The notes beneath the pieces are model-generated. The model did not search any database. It was given only the letters and a program-made list of their open reading frames with translations, and had not been told where the DNA came from. A stretch of 64,000 bases of DNA from Minutocellus sp. GHC0000111 (Eukaryota): NCBI GenBank assembly GCA_977018835.1, contig OZ361257.1, positions 248,001 to 312,000 on the forward strand, written 5' to 3'. Below are positions 12,590-25,391 of the stretch, piece after piece. Position 1 is the first letter of the stretch; the number at the start of each line of letters is the position of its first letter. A program made the translations under genes and the position numbers.

Positions 12590-12971
12590 ATTAGATCTAC
12601 AAATCAGCAAAGAATGTCATTAGATCTAGTAGGCGAGTTAGGTGATCGTTGGAACGAATCCTAACGGTCAAATCCCAGCGAACTACCAACGACGAACAGA
12701 CCATCCTGCTGGGAGCAAAGCTCAACCAAGCAGGCCCACAATCCCAGCTAATCCGTCGATGTAATAGATTACCGCCGCCATGCAAGCAGAGTACAACTCG
12801 ACCGCTGCCACCCAATTGATAACGCCTGTAGGCACCAATTGGGGATCTTCGCCCGTTAGGGGAGGTCTCACGCGTGCGCCGCAGAGGTACTGGCCGCTAC
12901 CCCGATCTCGTAATCTAGTCATCAACAAATCAACTCCTATGCTGTCCAACCAACTCGGGGTCGTATTGAAC
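12590..12971 (+). mobile_element. Terminal segment of TATTACA(A/G)ATCAGCAAAGAAT repeat family (long copy)
   Basis: Near-identical, apart from micro-insertions, to 35463-35868 (inverted) and 50373-50800; short copies at 19305-19325, 25392-25451, 29702-29772. Confidence 0.75.
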
Positions 12972-13079
12972 GTCTACATGTAGATTTTACATGTAGATCT
13001 ATAGAGTACCGGTAGTTGCCGAATTAAGAGGCAGACCTAATTAAGAGCCAGCCTGTTGCCAGAGCTTCCTCCCCTAGCA

Positions 13080-13553
13080 CAGTCCGTGCACGCCTATAAG
13101 GATATTTCAAATCCTGGTTTGAGACCTCATAGTTTTGCCCCTGATAAGGATAATTGGACCTCAGCTTTGCCAGTATCGTTATTTTTCTCTCATGACAGGC
13201 CCTCAGAAGAGGCTACAACCTCCAAGCCTCCAAGATTTTGGTGGGGGGAGGACGCCTCCTATCTTTCGCAGGAGGATTGTGAGAAGCTTCTTAATTTCAA
13301 TGGTGGCGACGAGATTTGAGGCTGGACTTGGTGCCTCGTGAAGCTTGGATAGACTATTGGCAGTTTTGGAGAGGTTTGTACGTTTGCTTACTCTTTGTTA
13401 TTCCTCTCCTTAGACGTTCTTTTGCTGCATGGTGTCGCCACGTCATTGCTAAATATGGATATCCTTAGCTGAGACCTCAGATTTCCCCAACTGATAAGGA
13501 TTTTGAGACCTCAGGTCTCAAAGTAAAATATCCTTATAGGCGTGCACGGACTG
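13080..13553. mobile_element. CAGTCCGTGCAC-family MITE, apparently nested in a GAGTA-type element
   Basis: TIRs cagtccgtgcacgcctataaggatattt / aaatatccttataggcgtgcacggactg; flanks CA and TA; sequence to the right (13570-13682) aligns with the interior of MITE 33306-33674. Confidence 0.9.
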
Positions 13554-13850
13554 TAAACATCAAAAAATAGATCTAATTTCACCGGACAATTTTTTCTGAA
13601 CTCGGCATTATCTCAGCTGTCCGAAACCGCAGAAAGCGATCACACCACAAACGGATCAAAAAACAAATTCCGATTTCAATCCGGCACTTGAACAGGTTTC
13701 TACTCTCTAGATCTAGATCTACGGTAACTCGAGGATCATCGAGATGCTTTTTGCCCCCGAGGCTAAGATTGATTGCCACTCGAGAGACCTCCTGAGGCAA
13801 AGATTGTCTCGTAGATAGAGAGATCGACATTACCGTATGCTCTAGATCTA

Positions 13851-14260
13851 GAGTAATTATCATAAGTTGCCCAGTCTCAAAAGTTGCCCAATCCTATTAT
13901 AATTCGACCTCTACTAACTACACCGTGTTATAAAGGTGGGGGTTATTGGTTGCTACTAGATCTACATACATGTAGTAGACTCTAATCACTGCACTACATA
14001 TGACACTAGCTTTCACCGGGTAGATCTAGAGATGGGATTGGGCAACTTATGAGCATGAATTATAATTCAACCCGAGATACTGGATTTACTTTTTCCTAGA
14101 TATCTAGTCTTTCCGATAAACTTTTTGGACAGGACCAAGTTTTCTCTGACACAGCACAATGAGATCTGTCCATTTCCGGCCTCAAAAGGGGTGTCCCAGA
14201 AAAACAAGGCATCCATTAATTTTAGTTTCACTTAGGTTGGGCAACTTATGATAATTATTC
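13851..14260. mobile_element. MITE with GA...TC termini
   Basis: TA|gagtaattatcataagttgccca ... tgggcaacttatgataattattc|TA; internal copies of aagttgccca. Confidence 0.8.
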
Positions 14261-14313
14261 TACATGTACATGTAGATCTACCGGTACTACATATTACCGG
14301 TATATTAAACATG

Positions 14314-15004
14314 TATATGTTAGTCCCAAAATGCGCACTGTCCCAGTTCGGGATCTCAGTTTGCGCACTGGGATTTATTTATCCCAGTTCGGAAACTGGG
14401 ATCCCAGACACAATCTCAGTTCGCAAACTGAGATCGATTGACAAATAATGAACACTTAGCAAGGATGATATCGCCTTTGCTTCTTTCGCTTCATTTTTTC
14501 ATTCGGCCAAAGAATGGAAAGCATCGTCATTTGCTCTGATCCCGGCGGCGGCGGTGACAACGGGGTAATGGCAATGTTGATTTTGCTGACATTTGTATTG
14601 GCCACCGCCGCTTTTGTTATTGTTGCTTTTCGTTGATAATTTAAACTTATTTTATGATGCACAGTGCAACTTGTATTGTAGATAGATCTACCGGTGCATG
14701 CGCATGCATGCAATTTAGTTGATAAACGATTACGTAGATTCTACTTATACATGTACAAAATAATCATTCTGCATGAGCCAACACCGGCAGCTACCATTCT
14801 GGTACTTGCCAAGAATGCCAGTTTCCAAACTGGTATTTAATATTGTTCCAGTTCGCAAACTCGTCTGGTTCCTAAATTCGCAAACTGAGATCCTAGTTTG
14901 GGAACTGGGGCCCAGTGCGCAAACTGGGATAAATGAATCTCAGTTCGCAAACTGAGATCCCAGTTCGCGAATTGGGACAGTGCGCATTTTGGGACGAACA
15001 TATA
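14314..15004. mobile_element. MITE with ~32-bp TIRs and subterminal arrays of CAGTTCGCAAACTG quasi-palindromes
   Basis: tatatgttagtcccaaaatgcgcactgtccca / tgggacagtgcgcattttgggacgaacatata; repeated cagtt(c/t)g(c/g)(a/g)(a/c)actg units near both ends. Confidence 0.85.
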
Positions 15005-15245
15005 CATGTAGCTCTAGATCTAGCTACGTTGCTATACATGTACGTGTACCTACTTGATAGTAGGTAGCTATCTACATGTATCCATGTACCGGTACGTAGG
15101 CTACATGTACATAGCCAATACGAATGAATCGTAGACTACGGTACCGATACACATGTACGTAGTAGCTTCAGCTATTAGCTAGTACTACCAGTTTTAGAAA
15201 GAGCGATCTCTGTTCTTCTTGCCCTTTTAGAATCAGCAGAGCAAA

Positions 15246-18200
15246 ATGTCCAATGATGAGGCAAATGACAAGGTATAACATTGCTTTTTATTACAGTCGC
15301 GGGCGCATGTCTTTTGTTCAAACACATTTATCCGTTCTCATTGCATGCGTATTTCCACCTTCACTTCGTACTTTTGGCGTTGAACCCTTTGTTTGAATAG
15401 ATTCGTCAGGGATTTGGTTTTGGTGGTCTTGCAAAGTCACTTCGGGAACAAGCGGATCAAATCGGAAAATCGGCCAAGGATGCGGTGAATAAGGCTCAAC
15501 AGAATGCTGAAAATCTTACACACAGGGTGGACCAGAGCGTAAACCTTTCATCAACCCCGTCCGGGGGGAAAGCTCAGGGAGATGATCGGGTCGGCATTGA
15601 AAGCTCGGGTTCAGACACTCGGAGGATAAGTAGATCAGCCGAATCGGTTCCAGCAAAAGCAAACGGGTCAGATATCACTCCCGATGATGGTGCTGCCCTT
15701 GCTTCTCGGTCTCCTGAGGATGTTTCCAAAGAAGAGTTGCTTGACATCCTTCAAAAGATGAATAAACGGGTAAAAGCTCTTTCAGCCCTCCGAGTAACAC
15801 TGACAGATAGGGTTAAGTTCTCAGAAAAGGATCGATCTCGACTTGTTGAATTCCTTAAGAACGAGGTACTAACACCAGCAGATGTTGAAGAGGCTTCAGT
15901 AGAAGCTGCGAAGAAGAATAAACAGATTGCTGAGAAGCAAGCGGAAAGAGCTGACACGGATATTGTTTTCCCCAGCATGCACAAGTTAGATGAGATTGGA
16001 ATGCTTCAGATGGCCTGGCGAGCTGTAGATGAGCGTAATTCTCTGAGTTTGCAGGCCATCCAATCCGAATACAAAACTCTTACGCTTCAACACCAATCTG
16101 AACTTGAAAAATTGCAAGACGCTGTGAGGAAGGGGAAAAGAGCTGAGACGGATGGGAATGCGATGGAAATTGATGCTGCCAGTGCTACTTCACAAAGAGA
16201 CACAACGGACCCATCCTTAGCTTGGACAATATTCAAGCAAAAAGAAAAAAAGACTCAACTGCAGAGAGATCATCAATCTGATGTTCACGCATGGAACAAA
16301 CGACGACGGCAAAACAAACATTTGAAGAAACATTTCTGTCCTTGGAAGATCATGAGGCCAGGATTAAGGAGGCAAAGATGGATACAGCGAGGCAAGTAAA
16401 AGAAGCTTACGAAAAGAAACTCTCTGTAATAAAAGAAAAAGCAAAGACCTTCGTAGAAAAAACAAAGAGAGAGTCAGCAGAACAACTCGCTGCAGCACGC
16501 AAAGAAGCAACCGAAATCAAAATGAGCATAGAACAATCCAATATCGAGTCCAACCCCAAGGTAAATTCGCAAATATTGTCTTTACGGGAAAAGCTCGAAG
16601 CCACCCAAGCCAGCCAGACCGAAGCCACCACGGAACTGGAACAAGTGAAGGGAGCTCTCTCGGAGACCACGGCCCTCTTGGAACAGAGCAAGGAAAAGGA
16701 GGAAGCCTCTGCCGCTGAGCTCGAGGGCATTCGCGCAGAGGCGGCCAAGGCAGCGGAGATGGCCAAGGCAGCGGAGATGGCCAAGGCCACCGCTCTGGCG
16801 TCGGCTACCCAGGCTGCTCAGGACAGCGAGGCCTCGTTCGAGCAGCGCCTCAAGGACGAAGTGGAAGGACAGCGGGCGCAGCACGAAGAGGCCATGCAGT
16901 CGTTGCAGGCTCGGCACCAGGAGGAGATCGCTGGCATGAAGGGCAAATATGACGAGCTGGTATCCTCCATGGGCAAAGAGAAGGATGGAGAGGTAGTTGC
17001 CCTACGAAAGCAGCTAGACGCGCTTCAAGAATCGTTTGAAGTCGAAAGGGAAAGTTTGCTCAGTGATAGTCGTGGAAAGTTACATGTAGTGTCAGAGAAA
17101 CACACAAAAGCGCTCGAATACATAAAGAAGCTCAAGGCAGCAACTGCCGAAAAGCTGAAACAGATTGGCGAGGACAGGGCTTCCGAACGAGCGCAGTTCG
17201 AAGAAGAAAAGTCGCAATTAAAAAATGTGCTGGGCAGCGAATCTCTTGAGTTGAAACAGGTTATTGTCGGATTGAAGGAAGAACTTTACATGGTCAAAGA
17301 GAAATGTGATAGTGCTGAAGCAGAAAAGCAAGTTTTGGAACAAAATATTGAGGCAAAAGTAAAACAGTCGCTTGAGGAACTAGAGTTGAAGCACAAGACT
17401 ACCCTGGAAGCAATAGCGGAGGAAAAGAGCAAGTCAATTGCGGATCTCAAAGCGCATCATTTGGAGGCTTTAGAAACTGTTCGAGGAGAGAAACAGGCAG
17501 AAATTGACGAGTTGAATGCCTCCTTCACCGAAAGATTGAAGGCATCAAGAGAGGAAAACACAAAGGCCCAAGCTGATTTGGAAGAGAAGATGGCAAATCA
17601 TGCAGATGAGCTCAAATCTTTTTATGATGGAAAGCTAAAAGATGCTCTCGTAGAAAGTGAGAGTTCCAATCAAATCTTGTCTTCACTGAGAGGAGAGAAT
17701 GACTCTTTGCGTGCCCAGATTGTGGAGGAATCGACCGTCAACAAAGAGTTGAAACAGAAAATTTGTAATATGAAGGAGGAGATGACTGTCAAGTCTTCCA
17801 ACAGCGCAGCCACAGTCGAGAAGCTAATGAAAGAACAGGCGTTGTTGGAGGGGGAAACAAGACATCTGAAGGAGAAAATATCTTCCATGACAGAAGACAA
17901 GCAGTTTGACGCCCAAGCCAGAGACTCATTGCGCCTCCAAGTTCAGAATCTCACTACAAAGGTGGAGACCCTCCAAAGAGAAAAGAATGATCTAGAAAAC
18001 AGAGTTCAAATTGCGGCTCGGAAGGAAAGCAAGCTTCCGGTAACTGAGTCAGAGCTTTCATCCCTGCGTGAAGAAGTGAACAAACTAAGGCTTACCGAGT
18101 CGAAAAGCAGCAGTCTTGTTGTTCGCCTCCAGTCCGAAAAGGAGGCCAGCTAACGGAAGCATGGTCAACAGACAGCGTTGATTGGAATGTTAGAGGCCCA

Positions 18201-19026
18201 GTTGGCTGAACTAAATGAAAACAACAGTGAAATTCAAGCTAAGCTCGAGGCTACTTTGTATGATAGCAGGCAAAAGGATGAGACCATTGTCGCCATTAAA
18301 GACCAACTGGAGAAATCGGAGAAAGCTCTGGCACAGCAAGTTTCGAAAAAAGTACAGAATGAATCTTTCTCCCAGCACGCAATGGACAAGGAGTCTGCGA
18401 AGAAAGGGAAAATGATTGAAACCCTCCAAAAAGAGGTGCAATCTACACAGCAGCAAATGGCCCAAAAAAGCAGTGCGGCGCAACGCCTCCTGCAGCAGCG
18501 CGAGGCCGAATGTAACGAGCTGCGCAAGATGAACAAAGTCTTGCAAAATGAGGTCGATAAAGGATCACTCAGTGATAGGCGGATATTTGAGCTTGCGGCA
18601 CAACAAAGCAACCGCGAGTCCGTTGCAGCTGCTGAGATTGAACTCAGGGACAAGGTGGTCCAAAGGCTTGCAGAAAAGCTTGAGAGTCGTGATAGTGAGC
18701 TTGCCTCGGCCGAGTACACCGTCCAGAAGGTAGAAGGTCAGGTAGAGGAGCTTTGTCGGGTTCAGCGACGGGAGGATGTTAATTTGGACTATCTCAAGAG
18801 CATTGTTGTTCAATATCTTTCAAAACCACCGGGATCCAGTGAAAGGGCGGCTCTGTTACCTGTTTTAGCAACGTTGCTCCAATTTGACGCATCAGACTAT
18901 GAAGCTATCGAAGCAGGAAAAGCAAATTTGTCTTGGTGGGGCAGTATTATTCCAAAGGAGATAGCCGCACCTTCTCTTCCTCCTGCCCCTACTCCACCGT
19001 CTCGCCCAACCAATCTGCAGTTTTGA
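15246..19026 (+). CDS. Long coiled-coil golgin with C-terminal GRIP domain; intron 15273-15400; frameshift ~16230-16290 and in-frame TAA at 18151
   Basis: E/K/Q/L-rich heptads over >1000 aa; GRIP motif NLDYLKSIVVQYL..ERAALLPVLATLLQF; ORFs 16291 and 18178 are in the same frame. Confidence 0.82.
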
Positions 19027-19721
19027 CATGCTGTGAGTTCAAGAATTTCTACAATTGAATCTAATCTAAACAATAGTAAAAGAGTGCAACATTAGGGAGC
19101 TATTATGTGAAGACACCTGCACTACTATGTGTAGAATTCCTACATGCAAAAATTCCTCGGACGGATTTTCGGAACATCGCGATTTTTAATTCCACCCTGA
19201 CGCCATCACATGTGTAAAATCTTCGTGCTGTAAATTGCTTATCAATTTATCACACATGTATAAATGTCGATAAACGTTTACGTAAAAAATATTTTATCTA
19301 CATGATTCTTTGCTGATTTGTAATACAGGCATGAATCTCGGGTCAGCCGGCGATGCCTTCGGGCACCTGCATCGCCGCGTGATTGCCGGTGCAATCGCCT
19401 GTGGTCTCTCCCTGCACAAAAGGTCACGATTGCACTTTGTTCGAGGCTCGAGGGAAGAGGCTGCTAGGGTTGCTGAGAATCATTTTGAGACCGGTAATTG
19501 CTCTGTTAGTGATGAATTTTCGGCACGAAATGTTGACATTTACGTAGAACTGGCTCCTTGGCACGGGCGACTTCGGTGAACCGCGGTAGTCAGGAAATCA
19601 GGCCACTATTGACGCCTCCATTGGGAAAGCACAGAAAATTCTAACACGAGTAAACGTGTGGTTGTAGTGGTGGTGGTTGTGTTGAAACATTGAAATCTAG
19701 ATCTCTATAGATCTCTATGTA

Positions 19722-19900
19722 CATCCTTATCCTTATCCTATTTAAGTCCATATTTTGGCGATACCCTGGCTTGAATTTCTACCCTGCACGCGCGGGCTAG
19801 TAGATTTCTACATAGAGTGATTCCACGAGACCCCCGACAAAATCGCCGTAAATAGTAAGGCACTAGGAAATTTTTTGTGCGATACTTTATGAAGCGCAAA
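19722..19900 (-). repeat. Dispersed repeat segment next to an (AAGGAT)n tract
   Basis: 19817-19875 aligns with 50133-50195 and inverted 36047-36110; tacatccttatccttatcct mirrors 2395-2414. Confidence 0.5.
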
Positions 19901-21177
19901 AATGAACCCACTAAATGGCCTCTCTCAACACGGCGAAAGCAAGGAGAATTCATCTCCACAAGAAGGCCACCAAATGATGGTATAACGATAAATAACTCCA
20001 AGCCAACCGATGTATACGCCAACTACATGCGTTAGGTGAGTATTGCATACTTGAAAGCAAACTCATTCGTACATCATGTGCTATTTTAGCAACATCTCCT
20101 CATGCCCAGAAATTTTCAATATTTTTTTACCCTCAAAATGGCAAAGAATGATGGCTGATGCTTGTCTACATCCATTTCAATCCTCCCTGACCGGCATTAC
20201 TTTCACTTGGGTAATATTGGGAGCAAGTTTGCGCCAGAGGGTCGATATTGGGCCCCATCTTTGTATCATTGTGGCCGTCACCATGGAAAGCAAAAACATC
20301 TGAAAGTAGCAAATCCCCAACTACACCCCCCTTCAAGCCTCAACCACTGTTCCTTCACGCAATATCAGCACGCACGATGCTCATTCTATATTACATCCAT
20401 CAATCTCACGTGTTGGTTTGGCCGCTTTCTCCGGTTTCGTTCCTCTCGGGCGGCAGAAGCAATGAAGGTGAAATCTGGTGCCGACATCAGACACGGGACT
20501 TTGGGAATAGTTTTCTCTATGAATTGTCAAGAAATGCCACCACCCCCCACTCAAATGCGCTTGGTATATATATGGGTGAAGCGTCGACGGCTCAGTGCAA
20601 CGGAAGTGGTGCATGGACCGCATAAAAGCATCCGGACCAACTTTCGGATGGGTGGTGTAATGGGGGTGGTAATGGCGCTGGGCCACATTTCGCGGTACAG
20701 GCACGCACCGACGCACCGCTATCGCCCAAAAATCCCTTCCAGTAATATTCAGGAAGGCATCTAGGTGGTCAGAGTGTATGCGATGGCCGGGGTGGTGCTG
20801 TACATCGGGCGAACATGGTCGTGATGGAACGTCGGAAACTGTCGAAAAAATCGGGTCTAACGCGAACGAATTTTTCAAGGCTCAAAAAAGTAATTGCAAG
20901 TCTCCTGCTGCACCACAGTGTTGTGAAAGGCTATTACAAGGGTATGGTGCCCCGTAGTCTTGATTGTTCTCAATGGGAGGCACGTCGGCGACACATGTTG
21001 TGGCCCCATTCGTTGAACGAAATGGGTTTTGTTTCGTTATAAAGTTTGATGTATTTTTTCTTTCTTGAAACAGCACAAGTGTATTCTACGACATAAAAAT
21101 AATTTTTCAAACAATAGTGTACCAAAAGAAACACTCTAATACCGTATCTATATCATGTGCTAAAAGAGCACCAAGAT

Positions 21178-21264
21178 CATTGTACCAACTTCCTTTTATT
21201 GTTGATTATGGTCTACAATACCCTTCTGAGTAAGGATCATCAATAAAAGGAAGTTGGTACAATG
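21178..21264. repeat. 87-bp hairpin (29-bp arms), probable micro-MITE
   Basis: cattgtaccaacttccttttattgttgat ... atcatcaataaaaggaagttggtacaatg. Confidence 0.8.
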
Positions 21265-21299
21265 TTTACGAAACATCGCGGAGGGGGTGTCTGCTCTCT

Positions 21300-22008
21300 C
21301 GTGAAATCACACTCTCTAAATTACATCGATGTGCCCGTCATGGACATCCACGGTCGGCAAAAGCAGCAGAAACGCACAATGACCTTCTTCCAGTTTTGCA
21401 AAGCGAAGAAGGGAATGCTGCTCTGCACAGACGTAGCAGCGAGAGGCCTAGACATGCCGAGCGTCGATTGGATTGTTGTGCAATTCGATCCTCCCGATGA
21501 TCCGAAGGAACACATCCACAGAGTTGGCCGGACGGCCCGCGGCGCGACTGGTGCTGGACGGGCGTTGCTATTCCTGACTCCACAGGAGACAGGCTTCCTT
21601 CGATATCTGAAGGCTGCCAAGGTGACTCTGAACGAATATGAGTTCCCCACGAAGAAGATCGCGAATGTGCAGAGCCAGCTTCAGCGGTTGGTGGAGAGGA
21701 ATTGCTACCTGAACCGAGCCGCTCGTGATGCTTACCGCAGTTACCTTCTTGCCTACGCCAGCCACTCTTTGAGAGATATTTTCAATGTTCACGAGCTCGA
21801 TCTGCGTGCCGTAGGCCTTGCATTCGGATTTGCCACCCCACCCCGGGTGGACGTTGCCTTTGGCGCCAAGGGATCTCGACGACACAACGGACAGAAACTG
21901 AAGACTGGGGGCGGCAAGAAGGGCGGTTCACGCAGTGGACACGAGTTTAGCGCCTCCAACCCATTTGGTAAGAGGAAGGGTGCTGACTCACGACAGTTCC
22001 AGCATTAA
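21300..22008 (+). pseudogene. HAS1: 5'-truncated DEAD-box helicase HAS1/DDX18 (C-terminal RecA domain and tail only)
   Basis: [60 protein letters not shown]; no Walker A or DEAD motif upstream; substitutions at normally conserved sites. Confidence 0.85.
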
Positions 22009-23133
22009 AAAACTTTGTAGCACATTGCAGTAAAAACCTGTCCAGTAGAAATGGCAATGTAGAAAATTGTCATGCGCCATGTAGATAAAAAACACTGTTG
22101 AAAGTCTAGATCTAGATCTACATCATCATGTAGAGTAACCCCTCTCGGGCAAATTAGACTCTGCTTCGTAGATTTCTAATTTGCGCCCTCGGGACCTCGG
22201 TTACATAAATGACGCCCTTCGCAACATTTTTGCGAGCTCTTCCGAGCGAAAAATATTAAATGCATCAGGGTCGTTATTATATACATGTAGAGTCTAAGCA
22301 ATTGGTAGATCTAGAGTCTACTACCGGTACGTAGATCTAGCTGCATAGATCTAGACTAGATCTACACATGCCTAGATCTTTTTCTAGATCTACATGTGTT
22401 CTACATGTGTTTTGCGCCCCGCGACACACTTGCACTCCATCCAGTCACCCACCATACATACATGTACATGTACATGTACATGTGTACTGGTGCAAAACCA
22501 TGTACATGTAGATGTAGATCTCGATCTTCTAATCTACATGTAGATTAGATCTACACGTGCAATGAATGAATTTCTTTCGCAAGCTTCTTTGTGCAAAAGC
22601 AATTCAGGTTGCTGCTTCGTGGTTCGAGGTGAATTGGCGACGGAAAGACCGCTGGGCTTCTTCGGCTTCTTCGTTTGCTGATTAGGCCTCTCTAACATAT
22701 TATTTGACTCATTTCACCGATTTTCGCCCAGCCGTACGTACGTATAAATAACGGATGACAACGTGCAATGCTACATTGCGTTCTGCAGTTCGACCCTCTA
22801 AATCTCATTTTTGCCCCGCTTTTCTAGAGGCCTATTATTTTAAACTTGCTATCGTCCCATCTATCTATCTTCGCCACCACCTATTCACCGAACACATCAG
22901 GGTCCCGCCTGCGGTGTATCGAGGAGACTGATTAGTCTTTCGTTTTTGTTGTGATAAACCACACAGGTCGCTCAATTCAGCCACTCTCGCTTGGATCATT
23001 ATTTTTCTTGGCGCGAAGACTTTCCGCAAGTTGCGCGCCTTTTTCAGATCCATTTAGCTGCGAATTCTGCAACCGCTAGCTAGCTAGTTAGAGTAGTAGT
23101 ACGACAACCAACGTAGCTCTCTTTCGTTTCAGA

Positions 23134-24920
23134 ATGCTCGCAACATCAAAGGTACTTGCATCGGCCGCTACGGCGACGAGACGGAGGGCCGCCACGTCGG
23201 CTGCTGCGGCCATGTCAACTTCGACGGCCGCCGCTGCTCCCCCCTCCGGCCCCATCGCAAGGATGGCAGGCATAAGATCAAGCAGCCCCGCGAGGAATGG
23301 AGGGAGGGCATCTACGACCACAACAACGAGCCCATGGTGAAGCGTCGGGATGGTTCGTATCAGCCCATCGAGAAACTCCGGGGCTTCCTCAACTACGAGC
23401 GCAACCCCGAGCCCTACCGCAAGCCATTGGAGCGGCTCATGGACTGGGAGGAGCTCAACCCGACGGAGGCCGACGAGGAGAAGCATTCCGAGATCGAGCG
23501 CAAGGTCCAGGCCGACCGTTGCATGGACTGCGGCACTCCCTTCTGCCAGACCGAGACGGGCTGTCCTGTCCATAACCTCATCCCGGAGTGGAACAATTTG
23601 GTCTACAACGGACAGTGGGCCGACGCCATCGATCGGCTGCACAAGACCAACAACTTCCCGGAGTTCACCGGACGTGTCTGCCCCGCACCCTGCGAGGGCG
23701 CGTGCGTCGCCGGCCTCATCGACGGTCCTGTCACCATCAAGAACATTGAATATTCCATCGTTGACCGGGCCTGGAATGATGGCCTGATCCAGCCTCGCAT
23801 CGTCAAGGATCGGACTGGAATGACAGTCGCTGTTGTGGGATCTGGACCCGCTGGCCTTGCCGCAGCCGACCAGCTCAACCAGATGGGTCATAAGGTCACC
23901 GTCTACGAGAGGGCAGATCGCATCGGGGGGCTTCTCATGTACGGCATCCCTAACACGAAGCTCGAGAAGGAGACCGTCGACCGCCGCGTCAACCTTCTCC
24001 GAGAGGAGGGCATTGCGTTCGTTACGAACGCCGATATCGGCCGTAACGTCGACGTCAACGAGCTTCGGGCCAACTACGACGCCCTTGCCCTCACCGTCGG
24101 CGCTACCAAGCCGCGTGACTTGCCCGTTCCTGGCCGCGACCTCAAGGGCGTTCACTTTGCCATGGAATTCCTCACGAAGAACCAGAAGCGCCTCCTCATG
24201 ACCAAGGAGGGAACCCTGGAATCGCAGTGGGACAAAGACACCTTTATCACTGCCGCCGGGAAGGACGTCATCGTGATCGGAGGCGGTGACACGGGCACCG
24301 ATTGTATTGGAACCTCTATGCGCCATCGGTGCAAGTCGGTGACCAATTTCGAGCTCATGCCTCAGCCGCCCATGGAGCGTGCACCGGACAACCCTTGGCC
24401 CCAGTGGCCTCGCGTCTTCGGCGTTGACTACGGCCACGCCGAGGTCCAGGCTGTCTTCGGAAAGGACCCCCGCGTCTACTCCGTCATGACCAAGGAGTTC
24501 ATCGGCGACGACGACGGTAATGTCAAAGGCCTCATCACCCAAGACGTCGAAATCACTGCCAAGGGCCCACGTGCCATCGAGGGTTCCGAAAGGGAATGGC
24601 CCGCTGACCTGGTCGTCCTTTCCATGGGCTTCGTTTCTCCGGAGGATTACATCAGCCAAGAGCTCGGGCTTGACCTGGACCAAAGAAACAATATTCACGC
24701 TGTCTACGGTGACTACAGAACTTCCGTTGAGGGTGTCTTTGCTGGAGGCGACTGTCGTCGAGGACAGTCACTCGTCGTTTGGGCCATCCATGAGGGACGA
24801 GGAGTTGCCGATTCCTGTAATGCTTACTTGAGACAGAAGAGGGAGGACGAAGTTGCCGCTGGTTCCAGTGCCGCTGGTGGTGCCTTTGCCAATCTCAGCA
24901 GTATATCTCCCAATATCTAG
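23134..24920 (+). CDS. gltD: Glutamate synthase NAD(P)H beta subunit (GltD-like), left copy with a 1-nt deletion near 23257
   Basis: [64 protein letters not shown]; cccatcgcaagg here vs cccatcggcaagg in right copy. Confidence 0.92.
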
Positions 24921-25391
24921 AGAAGCTCTAGAGTATGAACCATTCCTTTTTTTATTTGAAAGATATGCTTCAGAGAGTGCACCTATTTTTCCGCGGCCCA
25001 TTCTAATATTTCGATGAACTCAATCCAAATTTGTTTTGTTGCACGTTTAACCATTCAAAACCTACTTAATGAAAGAATGTTGTTTTTCCTACATGTGTGT
25101 GTATTCTCGCGGCCCACAGGTACATGTACGTGTAATATGCATACCGCGTATGCAGGCGCTGCTGCAGCTCCAAGCCGCCGGCCTTCTGGCGTCTGTGATA
25201 GGAATCGAAATCGGGATTGACCAAACGACACCCAGTGCTCCCCAATACATGTATGAAATTGCGTGCTTTCGATTAGGCTGCGAAAGCAGAGTTGCATCGA
25301 ATACATGTATGACAATTTTCTACGTAGACGTTTATATAGGATCGACATAATCAGATACATACATAATCAGATCATACATATTTATAATATA

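Noticed and set aside
12722..12983. Short ORFs recurring at 12.7, 35.4 and 50.6 kb as a gene family
   Set aside because: Recurrence reflects the DNA repeat; frames differ between copies by indels
14340..14975. Regularly spaced short palindromic repeats resembling a CRISPR array
   Set aside because: Units are 14 bp and degenerate, spacers are very short and repetitive, there are no cas genes, and they lie inside a TIR element in a eukaryotic genome
20076..21076. Overlapping ORFs of 64-200 aa
   Set aside because: No coherent protein signature; looks like a decayed repeat interior that I could not classify
646..21290. Recurring TCGCGGAGGG at ~645, 1870 and 21276 as an element terminus
   Set aside because: Only a 10-bp match with unrelated flanks; insufficient support
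23088..24698. 536-aa minus-strand ORF (and 494-aa mirror at 61576-63060)
   Set aside because: Antisense shadow of GC3-rich gltD with no recognisable motifs
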